Positions 12,901 through 40,850 of a stretch of DNA of 64,000 nucleotides are shown piece after piece. Location: assembly GCA_030141605.1 (NCBI GenBank), contig JAQGDQ010000282.1, forward strand, positions 238,274 through 302,273, read 5' to 3'. A program made the translations under genes and the position numbers. This stretch comes from Tubiluchus corallicola. Its lineage: Eukaryota > Animalia > Priapulida. Numbering within the stretch: the stretch's first letter is position 1; each line of letters opens with the position of its first letter. The notes beneath the pieces are model-generated. The model searched no databases. It was given only the letters and a program-made list of their open reading frames with translations, and was not told where the DNA came from.

Positions 12901-14210
12901 CAAAACGTTTATGATATTAGAAGCCGTTTCGACGCTGTACGTGATCAGAAAAGTCATATTCAGAAACCAACTTTTCTGTTTCCCAGCAGCTGCCAAGACT
13001 TAGTAATATTTTTATCACACGTGATTGCTGGCAACAGAAAGTGTCTAGGTACTAGCAATATCCATGCACAAATGTTTCTCTTAATTTGCTTTCAAATCGT
13101 GCTAAAATGTTTGCTCTTGATGTTTGATATAACTATTAACTTTCACTGGCAATAAAAGATGACGAAATTGCTTCGTTATGGTAGAGTTATTACACTGAAA
13201 TATATGAATCCCCTTTGCTGCATTCTGTAATTATTTATAACACTACCTACAGTATAATTGAAACAGGTAAATGATTATTCTTGTTTTGTGTTTTGTCAGT
13301 TTGACCTCATCTTTGCATTTAAAATAACTGGCAAGAAAACTCAAAATAGTCAAAGTTAATTCTTGACTCCGACCTGTGATACAGCTTGCACGTTAAGCAC
13401 ATTAAGCACGTTAAGTACTTTTATACTGCTTCCTAATGTTAAGCAGTTTTTGTCTTCTGGCTTCTTCAAGCACACACACAAGGAATAGGTTGTAACAATT
13501 GAACCAGTAAAACGACATTTTTAGCGTTGTCAAGTTTCACGGAATCGTGCGAAATCATAAACAGTGAAAATGTGTGCACATGTAGGAGCCGTTAGAACGC
13601 TTTTGAAGACCATGGACTAAATGAGTTTAGGTTAAAAGCAATAAGGAAGCTATCACGTCCAATTTTTTTTCACGAACTGTATTCTGCTGATAATGATATA
13701 ACCTTCTTGCAGTCCGGAAGCACACTGCCGTAAGGTTTATGCTCAACTCGCAGTTCTCTAGCTTATTTCGTGACGATTGACGCAACTAAAGGGATCTGAT
13801 GTCGACGAAAGTTTGTTGACAAAAAGCGTATATTCTTCTGTTGACATGCCTCATTATACGACAAATTGAAAGCAAGATAAACAGAGAAACATCTGTGATA
13901 GTTGATATTGCTGTCAAAAGCTGAAATTAATTATCGTTTATGAGGCAGGATCGTGTACCGAATAAACAAAAAAAAAAACAGATTGATCTTTATACGCAAA
14001 TTTTCAAATAAAAAGATTTAAGTTTTTAGTTGCACTCGCTTCAAGAAATGATGTTATTGCTGAATAAGTAAGAGAGTGTTCAGCAGTGGTAGGAGCCAAA
14101 TGGATGAATCATTGCAGCTCAAAATATTTTAAAGCTGCTCTTTAGGGTTTAGGAGGTAGTTATTTTATGGGCTTGTGTAATAAATATATCAATTAATCCA
14201 GTCACCCAGC
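8790..14210. repeat. Tandem segmental duplication (~2.7 kb units: long exon plus upstream region)
   Basis: 10020-11330 aligns by eye with 12710-14210 (e.g. ctttgaactt..ccaatgt..gtttagcagaa; cagctcaaa..tttagggtttagga). A further partial copy lies at ~14805-14930. Confidence 0.85.
11539..12675 (-). CDS. Second long GR-like first exon (isoform B, 379 aa); 472 aa if spliced to the shared exons 8493-8431, 7216-7127 and 5385-5257
   Basis: Intact close paralog of exon 9970-8810. ATG at 12675 (MKNIV) and a phase-0 donor at the same position (HDK|GTAAAC). No private downstream exons found at 9971-11538. Confidence 0.85.
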
Positions 14211-15082
14211 TAATGGGTGATAACTCTGATAGATAGTTAAAATTGTTTGCTGGTTCCACCCTCACCACACTGACTACTAGGTCAGTGGACATTCTGCTGA
14301 TTTCGTACATTTCTGATACACCATAACTTGTGAGGAACTGCCTTTTAAAGTGTACTGTGTATCTTTAGGGTGTACTAGCTTCTAATGCTTAACTTTACTT
14401 GTCACTAGACGTCCAGTGACAGTCTCTTTATATCAAATTTAACCATATTTAAAAGGAAATTTCTAGACTCTCGTATCTAATTTATTTTCTTATGGTAGCT
14501 GAATGGAAATGCATAAAATACATTGCAAATGCACTGTACTTGAGGCACCAAAGCTTTGGTTGCCAAACCTTTGTTGTACCAAAACAAGATTAACTTAAAA
14601 ATGGCAGAGTCTGTGGTGCCTTTTCCTCAAGGACAGACGTATGTGGCTTGTTCACAAATGAATAGCTGTCTTTGATTTAACTTTCAGCTCTTTGTAGTGC
14701 AGTGCAACATATTTTGCAATTAGGACGTAGGACGTTATTCATAACTGGCATGGAAACAAGTTCCTCGCGAATGGAGTAAACATCAACGTGAAAGCTAAAC
14801 CATATTCTAGAGCTGCTGTTTAAAATTTCAGAGGTAGCGTTTTATGATCTTCGGTAATTAACATATCATTTAATCCAACTTCCAACCAGTAGAAAACAGA
14901 TTAACTGTTTTAACAGATCAACCGACAGATAGTGCTGCAGTGGTGAATTTGAAAGTGGGTATGCTGTTCTTAATTTAACTTAACTAATTTTGTTAATTGG
15001 CGCACTTATTAACACAATAAATTATTATATATGGACGTATACTCTTAACGGAACAGAAGTGAGTGAGTATTGAACACGGGAA

Positions 15083-15497
15083 GTTGCTTGCAAAGCACAT
15101 GACCATTACATAGGTCCATTTTCGCATAGTCTTTTTCTTGTCCTGAATTGATTTCATATTCACAATTCACATGTTCTCGTATAGCATGCCACTACTTTCT
15201 AAAAAGGCCAGGGTGTGAGATGATTTCATAGATGAAGTGTCCGGACGATAAGTAAACCATTAATCCATTAACGATGATAGTCATCGGGTCAGACATCCAT
15301 TCTATCAAGAACCCTAAAGATGACCTCATTACAGATACAAATGCAAAAAAGAGGTACAAGAGACAGTGAATGTGTGGAGAGCTGCGAGTTCGGTACTCGA
15401 CATCAAAAAACTTTTTCCCATTTTTCCCCAATAGCAGGGGACCGAATGCTTGCAAAACTCGAAGGGCAAGCGTGAAAGAACCAAGAAAGTCAGCTTT
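15083..15497 (-). pseudogene. Third, truncated GR-like first exon (pseudo-exon)
   Basis: ADFLGSFTLALRVLQAFG..KNGKKFFDVEYRT..HPGLFRK* aligns to exons A and B. TAG at 15194-15192 replaces a Trp, followed by a frameshift. There is no homologous start and no 3' part. Confidence 0.85.
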
Positions 15498-15774
15498 TTC
15501 TTTACAAGTTATTAAAATTGAAATTGGCAATAAAAAATTTTCCAATTCGTGTACTACGTTTGTTATGATATAAAGAATTTTTCCGTCTTGCACAAGCTAT
15601 TAAAACGCCCCCACAGTACAAATGCTATAAAAGGCACTTGGACAACCATATAAGAATGTTAACGTTTGGCTTAATATCGTAACGCTGCCGAATAGAGGCA
15701 CATGTTTTGATGTCCTATTGTTACAGTGTCCAGTTACCGACTTTTTTCTCCAGTGCCATCTGGTGTTTCAAAAT

Positions 15775-16075
15775 CTAAGCAACCAAATTACTTGTGTCGA
15801 AGCAGCCTTGTTTCCAAATTAGCTGTGTTCAAGTAGCCTTGGCCAAAATACCTAGGGTCCAAATAACCCATATGTCCAAATAGCATATGGGTTCAAAATA
15901 CCTTGTGTCCAAATATACTTTGTGTCCAAATGTCCTGTGTCCAAATGAATCTGTATTCAAATTGCCGTGTGTCTAAATAGCTCATGTGTCCAAATCGCCT
16001 TGCGTCCAAATGACCTATGTGTCCAAATGTCTTGTGGCGAAATGTGCTGTGTCCAAATGTTTGTGTGAAATGCTT
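15775..16075. repeat. ~19-20-bp tandem repeat (GTGTCCAAAT core)
   Basis: Roughly 15 degenerate copies of gtgtccaaat-N9/10, lying between the divergent GR and DOMON loci. Confidence 0.8.
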
Positions 16076-16274
16076 ACACAGTTCTGTATTGCAGAACATA
16101 ATGAAGGCTTTCCATTGTACATGACTTAACATTGCAAAGAAATAGTACATCCTGGACTAACTGTAATAATTGTTCTGCCAAGCGCGAAAATTACCGTACC
16201 TTGACAATTTAGTGGAGCCTAGATGTAGCAAATTTGACAGCCTTCATAATAGAACGTGCAATGGTGCTAACAAG

Positions 16275-30139
<13,865 letters not shown>

Positions 30140-33100
30140 GTAAGTATTAACGTGAAAATTATTTAAGTGAGCCAAAAAGTGACGATTTGTGGCTGAATAA
30201 TTCTTTAAAAAAGTGCGACAAATGATATATTCTGCATGTACAGGATATATTCACCTGTATGTACATCGAAAAGGGTATTTACTTACCATTTCACTTAACT
30301 TTGTTCTTACTATGTGTACTATCTTTGTCACCAACAAGATCAATGTAAAATTTAGTACTGTAAGACGGTTAACAGAATGATTAACCACCTAATACTGTTA
30401 AAAACTGGTTAGCCGATAGAGTGAAAAAACAATTTTTTGAGTTATGGCGCCCCGGATTACGTCGTAAAGGTATTACAATACAGACCTACAGTGCAAGCGA
30501 AATGGGAGTTACTATTCTTATATTACGGTTCACGTTGCACTGAGCAGTGAAACTGAACCGCTGAGTATTTATTTACGCATCCATGCAGAATACTTGGGAA
30601 AACGTGTGTGTGTAGATGAAATTTGTAAATTATATATAAAATATAAGTTTCAACAGTGCCAACGACTGGTTTGCAAAAAAATAAAGCTCTGTTCGTTTAA
30701 AGATAGGTATCATGCTAAGCGGTATATTTTTGTTTGCTTCGAAGTTTAAAAAATTCTTGACTTTTATTCTACAAAGTGTTTATGTGTAAATACATACTGT
30801 CTTATATTGCACTATTATTGACAATTCCATTATTACACATTTTACATTATTAAGCAATGTAGTGTTCTAGACATCTGTTGGTAATATTTTTCTGTGAAAC
30901 TACTAACGTATTTTATGCGAATAAATTCATCGTTTAGGAAGTAATCTCGGCTTGTTAGTGCAGGTTCTGCGGGCACTGTGCTGCCATCTGTGTTTAACGA
31001 AAATTAAATGCGGTAACGCGTCTTTTGGTTTGTATAGGTGACAAGAATGATTTCTCTTTTGCAACTGAGTGCTTCTATATGTTGTATCCCTACGCTTCAA
31101 ATACATTCCAAGATAACGAGAATGCAATAAACACTCACACAGAAACGCCAGCCATATCCAGAGAGAAAATATGCTTTAATGCTTGCTAATGGTATAAGGT
31201 ATGTCTGTCGTTAATAGAGAGTTTTAGTTGCAGTCAAACATCGAAAATTTTGATTCCAAAACGACCTCACTTTAGAGTTACTATTAGAGTCACAACCACT
31301 ACGTTTTGCTACAGTTCCTGACCCTACGAACGAATTTTTGAAGAATTTAAATGATTAATTTTATATTCTTTAACCATCACGAGACGAGACAAAACTCTAC
31401 CGTCTAATGTTCATAAACTGTAAACGCTAACTATAAAAAATCTGCAAGCAGCTTAATTGTGATTGTAGAAAGCATTCTAGAATACAAATGATTCTAATCT
31501 ATACTAGTGTGACTGTATGAAGACGTCATTTCCTCTTCCACAATCAAGAAGAAACGTTGTTCTGTTATGGATTTTATATGAAAACGGAGCGAGATAAAAC
31601 CGGCCACTAAACGATTAACTGATAACAAAAGTTAACTTGCGGCGGCTGAGAACACTGCTGAGCTGTTGCATTACGTCCATGGCCGACAATTCAGGCGCCC
31701 AGTAGACAATAATGCAGAATATTTTCACGCTATTAATTAAGTTTAAATTAACTTAAATTAAATTATCACGATCCACGTCACATCAGAAACAGTCATCATT
31801 TATTAATCCCACCATAACATGATTTATAAGGTCATACTAAAGCCACATCAGTTAATAAACAATCCATAAAAACAGAATGCAATTAAAACCACAATGCTTA
31901 GTTAAAATCACCTTAAAATTCAATGTAAATTAAAGCACAGTAATTAAAATCACACTGAAATAGAATTAGAACAGTATTAAATTAAATTAAAGTAAAATCA
32001 CATTGGAGCAAAACTAAACTACCCTAATTAATATTTCGGTTGCCTAACGCAGCGTGAAGCTAATTTGTTTGACACTTCGCCACAATGGAGGTAGCCCGTT
32101 ACGAAGCCGACTAGCGGCGATTGTTGTTAGTTAAGTTTTGCATATTTGCCCTCAATAGCGAATAATAGGGCTTGGTTGCGGTTTTGCCGAAATCATATGT
32201 AAAATCCATACGTACCTCTCAGCTAGAATTATTGAAATTGCAAACGTGCCCAGAAAAACGCGTACAAGAATAACGTACGAAATATTAATGGGTAAGATCT
32301 TATTAGAGAGTTTCCGGACTATACATGCCTGTATATCATGTGACTTTAAATAAAAATAATAATTTTTGTCAGTCTTCGTAAAGGAATTCGTGGTTTTGGT
32401 GTTTATTATACTAGACAAAGACGTCGCCTCATGCAGCGAAGAGACGAACAAGAAGCAGAAAAAGAAACAAGAGACCAAGAGAAACAGACAATGGAGCAAC
32501 GAGAATAAAATATTGCATATTGTATTGTATCTTAGAAACTCCATTGCTTATATTGCTATTACTCAATGTACGTAAAACAGAATCAGTTTGTGTTTGAAAG
32601 AAAGGACATGTTACTTAGCACGTTGGATTTGTTTCATAGTTATCAGTTATCATTTAAACTTAGAAAAATATGACCAAGAAATTAGCAAAAAACTGTCTGT
32701 GCTTCATAAAGCTAATTTATACTACCGCTTTACAGAAATTTTCAGGCCCGGTAGTGGCTGCCATTATGACGCTACTGGTCTAAGACTTTGTGATTTTTCG
32801 TACTGAAGCTAATTCAGCTTACCTAATTTTCATGCGAAAATATCACAAAATTAGCTATCAAGTTTTTTTGTAAAACTTCTTATACCTTTGACACAAATTG
32901 ACCATGCGCTGCTTTTCCTCAGCTGATTGGTGGAAAAATGGGCGTTCAAAAAGTGAACGAGAATAATGCATTTAAAGTGATAATTGTAAATATAGGTGCC
33001 GCATTCTAAGGCTGATTATTTTTTATTATCAAATATCACTGACACTCTTTTAACGCATGTAAGTAATTGTTGTCTTTTAATTGTAATTTATATAGATTGT

Positions 33101-33667
33101 TATACTTTTTGCATTTGTTCAAAGGTAATTTTGCATTTTTATGTCATATTTTAACCCATTAGGAATGTATATCTGTAAGTTTTATTGATAGCAAGAATAG
33201 TTTATGTGAAAACTGGAAGCTTCAGTTATTAAATTAATGTTATTAAGTGAAATGCCATCATAACCAGAGAAATGTTTCAAACTGAAATAAAAAGTTGTCA
33301 TTAGCACTCGCTAGATGGTGCTAACATGTAATTAGTGAAGTTAACAATTTGACAAGTTTCAATAATTGTTTTGACTGAATTTAATAAATGCTTTGTTGTT
33401 CTTTTAGAAATAAGTGTGTAGTATATGACGATTAATGCTTTTGAATAACTTATACTAGGCATATTTTTCACAGTTTTAACAAAACTAACAAAGAATCACT
33501 TTTTTATTAAAAATTAAAGTCACAAGATATCCATGTTATGAAGTTATATGAAGTCGTATAAATTGATAATGTACATAAGTAATTTAGGTTTATAGTAAAA
33601 TTTACTGTTTGTATAGTTATTTAGCTATTTATATCGACATAAATAGTAGTAACTGGTGAAAGAGATC

Positions 33668-34073
<406 letters not shown>

Positions 34074-36234
34074 AGACGAAGAGGGAGGAAAAAAGAGGGT
34101 TCATAGAGAAAAGGAGGAGGATGGAATGAGAAAGAAGTGAGGTGGAGAGAGTGTGAACAAAATGAGCTTAACGTGAACAGGTTTAGCACAGACAGCTCTT
34201 GAAACCTAGCGATTCCTTTTTTCTGTGCTTACCAATCGAAGAAAATTTAACTTTTGCAGAAATTTAGTCTCTTGTCGAGAAAATAGTAACGACTATAATT
34301 TAATCTGTCTCTTGGTGAATTGAACGTGAGAACTTCGTAAGCCTGTAACTCTCAATTAAACTGACAATATTGGAGCTGACGTACTGCTGATGGACCAGAA
34401 AAGTGCTCATGGCGGAACCCACTTATGATCAGCTCTTCCCTGAAATTACATTTAAGCACTTCCAGTAAGCTACAGTTTCTACCTGGGTCTTATCTCAGTA
34501 AAATTTTAAAATTCTTTTAAGTTTCATTACTTCATTACAAGGACGAAAGCATTTTGTGGCGCATTCCAAACAATATTCGATTTGATTTAACACGTGCTTG
34601 GTTGTGAGAGTTCTGTATAATTCAGAGTTACTGTTACTTGTAATCCCTTAGGATTAATGACCCTAGAATAGTAGGAGAACACGCATATCAAGCAATGTAA
34701 CAGGATGAAACATGCTTTTTACATGTAGGTATACACTGTGTGGGTGCCAAAGTAACAATCCGGTCATTTCGTCATCAGTAAAAACAATACTTTATCATAT
34801 AAACTTCAAAAGTTACCGTCAATACCTACGTATTTTTGTATGAATCTACGATCCATTGCCAAGTTGATTTGCCTTGCCAATAAATTAGCAATTGGTGCAT
34901 ACTGTGTACATTATCTGCTAACATTTCCCTCTAATTAAGGCATAGTTTCGGTAAAATGCCACATTAGCGTATATGGCTTGCAGCTATACATACAGAGCGC
35001 TTATATTATGGAGTATAAAGTGCCATGCATTATGGCCATAATTCGATACCTGAATGAATTGGCATGAACGAATCGTTTGGGAGTTAATTTATTATTTATT
35101 GTTAATGTTAACAAGCCGTGATACGTTTGTATCGATCTTATGTCAATAGACTCAATACTCAAACAAACAGCAAACGTTAGAGGAACTGTACATGAATGAT
35201 GCCATAAAAGTACCTTGACAAACTCAAGCCGGATGGTTCACCTAACTAAATACGTTTCTTTCGCTTGTTAAGATTTTTTAACTGTAAAAAAATCACAGTT
35301 AACTCAATAATACATTACAGTTCTGCCAGTGACGCATTAAAGCCAAAAAGTAGGCAAGCAGACGCAACAGCTGACAGAGTGATGAACAGTGGTATTAAAC
35401 ACCTTTAAATTTAACTCAAACCCTTCCCTTTCAACTTTGCCTGTAGATTAAATAGATATTTGACAATGACTGAGCGTGAACCTTGCACAAATTTGTAACG
35501 AAAAATACAATGTGAATGAACTGCACCATTAATAATACTGAAACGTGTTACCAAAGAAACTGGCAACGTTCAAGCATTTTTATTACGCAGGAGCAAAGCT
35601 TGGTTCACTTTGATATACGTAACTTTTTGTTTTCTGTTAATAAAAAATGATTCATTTGCAGGAGCACTTGTTGTAAAACTAACAAGCTATATATATTTCT
35701 TGGTGGAATGTAAATGATGTAAATGTACACTGCATAAATAAACAAGGACTGTTTGGTAAGGGAGTTTGCAAAGCATATTTTTCATGTAACAAAGCAAACA
35801 CCGCAACAAGTTTAAGATTTGAAGGCAGTTTCCTCTATAAATTTGATTATAATAATAACAAAGCTACAATGAACTAAAATGCATTGACATAAAAAGGGTT
35901 ATCTAGCAGTTTAAATGAACACTCTTCCCCACGTGCATATCAATGTTTTAATCGGCTAACTGTTCGTTTGGCGAACTGAAAGTGTATTTATAGTTGTCCA
36001 ACTGACTTGAAATGATTTTCTTGAACAACAGTCTTAAAACACAAATTTATGTTATTCCTTCTTACACGTGTCACTTACTTTTTGCTGTTTGTAGTATTGT
36101 ATTTCACTCTTCCCTGTTATTGTCTCCTTTTTCGTCTTTCTTTGTGACGATATTTAAGGATGTTTTTGTTTATTTTCATTATTTATTTCGTTTGCTCTAA
36201 TTAATCTTTCCCAAAACTTTCACTGATTAATTTA

Positions 36235-36655
36235 ATCATGTCGTATCCTGTTGTATCATAATGTATCATATCACATTATATGACATGATATGGTATGGTA
36301 CTGTACGATATGGTATCGCATCATAGTATCACTAATTAGTTTAACCATGTCGTATTGTGTTGTATCGTAAAGTATCATATCATATCATATGGATAGCATG
36401 GTATGGTATAACATGGTATGGTATGGCGTGGTATGGTATGGTATAGTGTGGTTTGTATGGTATTGTTTGGTATGGTATGGTGTGGTATGACATGGTATGA
36501 TTTGTATGGTATTGTTTGGTATGGTATGGTATGGTTTGTTTGGTATGGTATGGTATGGTATCGCATCATAGTATCACTAATTAGTTTAACCATGTTGCGT
36601 CGTGTCATAGCCTAATGCATCATATCATATGGTATAGTATGGTAGCGTACCATAG
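36235..36655. repeat. (TATGG)n/(TATCA)n pentanucleotide array with a duplicated flanking block
   Basis: tggtatcgcatcatagtatcactaattagtttaaccatgt occurs at ~36311 and ~36556, around the pentamer run. Confidence 0.85.
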
Positions 36656-37422
36656 TAGCATTTGCTGTTTAATCTCATATAGTTATAGTCATTCGTTTAG
36701 TTAGCTACAAAATATACGATTAATTATTGATTGCGTTGATTAGCTTCTCAAAAATTATTACGGTACCCGTAAACTCCTAAATTATGTTGAATATTTCAGT
36801 AAAAACAAGTCATATGTTTTTGACGCTCGAGCAATATAGTCTAACGCAGCGCTAACAAGACACCATCTAATGTTGGTATTAGCACCTGCACAGAACATTG
36901 GATCATAATGATCATTCATTACCTTGATCGCAAATCATGTGGAAAAGGACACGCGATTTGTTAATTATTTACCTTGATGAGATATTTATGAGAGGAATAG
37001 GGGTCAATTCATTAAAATATGTGTTATACAGTAGATTTCTTGTAAATTCATATTTAAGCCTAACACGCGAATACACATAGCGAAACAAATGAACGCTGGG
37101 AATATTATTTATTATATCTAAAATATAAAAAACTATAACAGTTACACACTTTACGCGTAAGTTATAAGCCCTACAGTAGCCAAAAGTCATAACATTTTGT
37201 ATTAGTTTTAATTTTCCAAGATTTTAGTAAAATTTATTGGCTGACAAATTATTTTCTGCGAACTAATGACATATTTACTACTAAACATTCATTTGCAGTT
37301 AAAATTGGATTTGTTTTTGCGTGAAATGTTTTGTTATAAAGTACGAAATTCATAATAACGTTTCTCAACTTCCAGGTTCTTTAATAACATCAAAACAATA
37401 AGCAGTCGTTTATTGCGCTATC

Positions 37423-37600
<178 letters not shown>

Positions 37601-37687
37601 CTCGCTCTGAATCTCTCTTTCTTGTCACTCCATGCCGATCATCAATTTCTCTGAGGCAGTTACTTTGTATTCTGGAAGCCACTACAA

Positions 37688-39502
37688 TCATAAATCAGTC
37701 TCCAGACAATACTTGACACGGGTATGTCCAACAGGGCTTAAATTTGAATAAATACCAGCAGTACTGCCCCCATATTTCATACTGCGAGGACTAAAATTGC
37801 CTTGGTTAGGGTGACCTTTAGGTGAGTTCATATGGCCTGGAGATTGCACTCTGTTGTGCATTATACAATTGGCTGTGGTATCATAGTTTAAAGGGGTTCT
37901 CGCAGGGGTTGCCCACAGCGGATCTGGATGCTTATTATTACACAAGGCATACAAATGTTCTGAAGTTTTAGGAGCTGGGTGATCTGGTAGTAAACGAAGC
38001 TGCATTTCTTCTAAACTATTACAGGTCGGTCTAGCATTTACATAGTTAGTTGGACTATTTGCACTGCTCCCCGGATTGTCCCGCCCGCCAGTCACTTCCG
38101 GCGGAAGAAACTCGGGAATTTCAAACGAACACGTGTTCCTGTTGCTTTTCTTTAAGGCACTCGACTGGGAATTGACACAATTGGCTGTGTTGGGTCTCCT
38201 CAAGACAGCCAGTTCTGTGGAATCACTCTGCTTTTTCTCTTCTTCTTGGTGTGGGTGATCGGTTCGTTTCTTCCCTCTTCTGACGAGAACCCGACGACGT
38301 CTTATTAATAAACACACAATGCACGAAACAATAAGAATAACGACTAGAAATGTCACCAGTACAATGGCAACAGCAGACAAAGCTCTCGGTTCAACGGCAA
38401 CGGCTGCCTTTACTTCGTCCTGGTAGTAATACGTCTCGTTGTCATTACCTGCAGGGTTTTCTGCAAAACACGTATACTGGCCAAAGATATCTTCTTTGGT
38501 ACCATATAAAGTTAATGTACTAGCTTTGTCGACGTTGTTATAGCCACTTCTAGATATGGAGTAGTTAAAATATGGCAGTTCCATGACTGTTACGTTATTC
38601 TTGTACCAGAAGACACTAGCACTTGGATCTGCGTGTGTCTGGCATTCAAATTTCACATGCGTGACAGACTCCTCTGCGAGTTTTAGTTTTACACTTGGCA
38701 CGCAGGCAAAATCTAGCAGCGACATCTGTTCCCATGTACGCGTACTAGCGCGTGGCGGCCCTGCACATCCTGGCGGCACACTGGAACCGATGCGCCGTCG
38801 TTTCATCCAGTCCACCAGGGGCCGCATGGAGCAATTGCACATGAGCGGATTATCGTGAACGTCTAATCGTAATAAAGATATCATTGGTTTAAACGTAGGA
38901 AAACTTAATGTCTTTAGTTGATTTTCAGCCAGGTTTAGAGAGTTTAAGTTCTCTAAACCTCGAAAACAGCCTTCCTTTAAGTCAGACAGTTGGCACTTGG
39001 ACAAATCCAATTTTGTCAGTTCTTGGAGGTACACGAAGGAAGAATCTTTAACAACACCTATGGGGTTATCATACAAATTCAATATCTTTAGATTGGGTAT
39101 ATACGTAAATAGATGGCTTGGCACTGACGATAGGTCATTGCTGGACAAATCTAGGGATTCCAGATTGGTTAGCCCATTGAAGGCATGAGCAGGCACCTCT
39201 TTTAAATCACAGTTCCCCAGAGAAAGGTGTTGAAGATTGGGCACAATATTATCTAGTATTGCTTCTATAGTATTCCCGGCCAGTTTGTTATTATCCATTT
39301 TGAGCACTAGTGTGTCTTTTGGTATGTCTAGCGGTATAGACCTGTAGCCAACGTTAATGCAATCCACTGTTAACTGATTGGTTTTAATCATGCACTTGCA
39401 GTGAATAGGACATGCTGAGCAATTCAGCTGCCATGAGAGTAGCGTTAACCCGAGGAAAGGCCCATACAAAATAATCGCCGGAGATCTAGTAGTCCATCTC
39501 AT
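37688..39502 (-). CDS. Kekkon-like LRR-Ig type I membrane protein, 604 aa, single coding exon
   Basis: Signal peptide, LRRNT (CPIHCKC), tandem LRRs, LRRCT (NPLMCNC...VPPGC..PPR...W....LDFACVP, Kekkon-like), one Ig domain (FEC..W..GQYTCFAEN), TM (AVAIVLVTFLVVILIVSCIVCLLI) and a C-terminal class I PDZ ligand ETDL. A splice acceptor at 39583 implies an upstream 5'-UTR exon. Confidence 0.85.
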   Translation of the reverse strand: MRWTTRSPAIILYGPFLGLTLLSWQLNCSACPIHCKCMIKTNQLTVDCINVGYRSIPLDIPKDTLVLKMDNNKLAGNTIEAILDNIVPNLQHLSLGNCDLKEVPAHAFNGLTNLESLDLSSNDLSSVPSHLFTYIPNLKILNLYDNPIGVVKDSSFVYLQELTKLDLSKCQLSDLKEGCFRGLENLNSLNLAENQLKTLSFPTFKPMISLLRLDVHDNPLMCNCSMRPLVDWMKRRRIGSSVPPGCAGPPRASTRTWEQMSLLDFACVPSVKLKLAEESVTHVKFECQTHADPSASVFWYKNNVTVMELPYFNYSISRSGYNNVDKASTLTLYGTKEDIFGQYTCFAENPAGNDNETYYYQDEVKAAVAVEPRALSAVAIVLVTFLVVILIVSCIVCLLIRRRRVLVRRGKKRTDHPHQEEEKKQSDSTELAVLRRPNTANCVNSQSSALKKSNRNTCSFEIPEFLPPEVTGGRDNPGSSANSPTNYVNARPTCNSLEEMQLRLLPDHPAPKTSEHLYALCNNKHPDPLWATPARTPLNYDTTANCIMHNRVQSPGHMNSPKGHPNQGNFSPRSMKYGGSTAGIYSNLSPVGHTRVKYCLETDL

Positions 39503-40054
39503 TGCAATGTTTTTGTCTCTTTAATCAATCATGTCGGCATCATACAGATGTTTGCGAGATCGCCCACTCATGTGATGCGCATCTGTAAAAATTAAAAATT
39601 AAAATTCAGAAATGCAGAATAAACAACAGGCAATGTGGCTTTGCCTGCACCTCTCCAGATGTGTCAATTTGTGTACCTCGGCGTTCAAATCGCAGTTAAA
39701 AATTCACTCGTTTTGCAAAAATTATGGTTAAACTGTGCTCGCATTTACTTATACATTCAATTTTGTACATTCAGAAGAAACTTTAGTTAAGCATTTGTAA
39801 TGCTATATTGTTAATTCTGGGATTAATAAAATATGCTTGTACAAAAAAATTGTACATTTAACTCTACGGTGAAGTCATTTTAAAACTGCTTTTAGAATTC
39901 AGTTTTTCAGAAGATGCTCAAACTTTTTATTTCAAATTGTGTATTTGACATTGTATCGTTTCAGATGTTTCTTGTACGTATCATAATTTAACATTATTTC
40001 ATGTAAAGTGTGTTGAGATAATTTTTATGTAGTGCACTTTAAAAATAAAGTCCT

Positions 40055-40066
40055 TGTTGTTGTTGT

Positions 40067-40109
<43 letters not shown>

Positions 40110-40261
40110 ACTGTTACTGTTACTGTTACTGTTATTGTTACTATTACTATTACTATTACTATTACTATTACTATTACTATTACTATTACTATTACTATTA
40201 CTATTACTATTACTATTACTATTACTATTACTATTACTATTACTATTACTATTACATGTAC

Positions 40262-40322
<61 letters not shown>

Positions 40323-40427
40323 GTTATTGTTATTGTTATTGTTATTGTCATTGGCATTATCATTATCATTATCATTATCATTATCATTATCATTATCATT
40401 ATCATTATCATTATCATTATCATTATC

Positions 40428-40474
<47 letters not shown>

Positions 40475-40850
40475 CATCATCATCATCATCATCATCAGAC
40501 AGGTAGATATAAATGGATCAAGACATTTAGAAAAGGAGGACAAACGAAAAACCAAAAAGTGGCAGCGACGAGCAGATAGAAATAGCAATTACTATAACAG
40601 AGGAAGTAGAAAAGGAGACAGCAGTAGTGATAGCAATGATAGAAGTCATAGTAGTAGTGTTAGTGGTGGTAACAACACTGCAGCAACAGTGACGACAACG
40701 ATGACGATAATGTTGTTGTTGTTGTTGATGATGATGATGATAATGATGATGGTAATGACGATGATCATGGTGATGATGATGATGATGATAACGAGGAAGA
40801 AAAGGAAGAAAGGTCAGATAATGACGATGATAATGACGACGACGACATAG
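40055..40850. repeat. Compound tri-/hexanucleotide microsatellite and low-complexity tract
   Basis: Ordered succession GTT > GCTGTT > ACTGTT > ACTATT > ATT > ATTGTT > ATCATT > ATT > ATC, then a GAT-rich tract. Confidence 0.95.

Noticed and set aside
40025-40850. Long poly-I/L/Y/T ORFs, and the 61474-62016 ORFs
   Set aside because: Simple-repeat artefacts with no splice or codon support.
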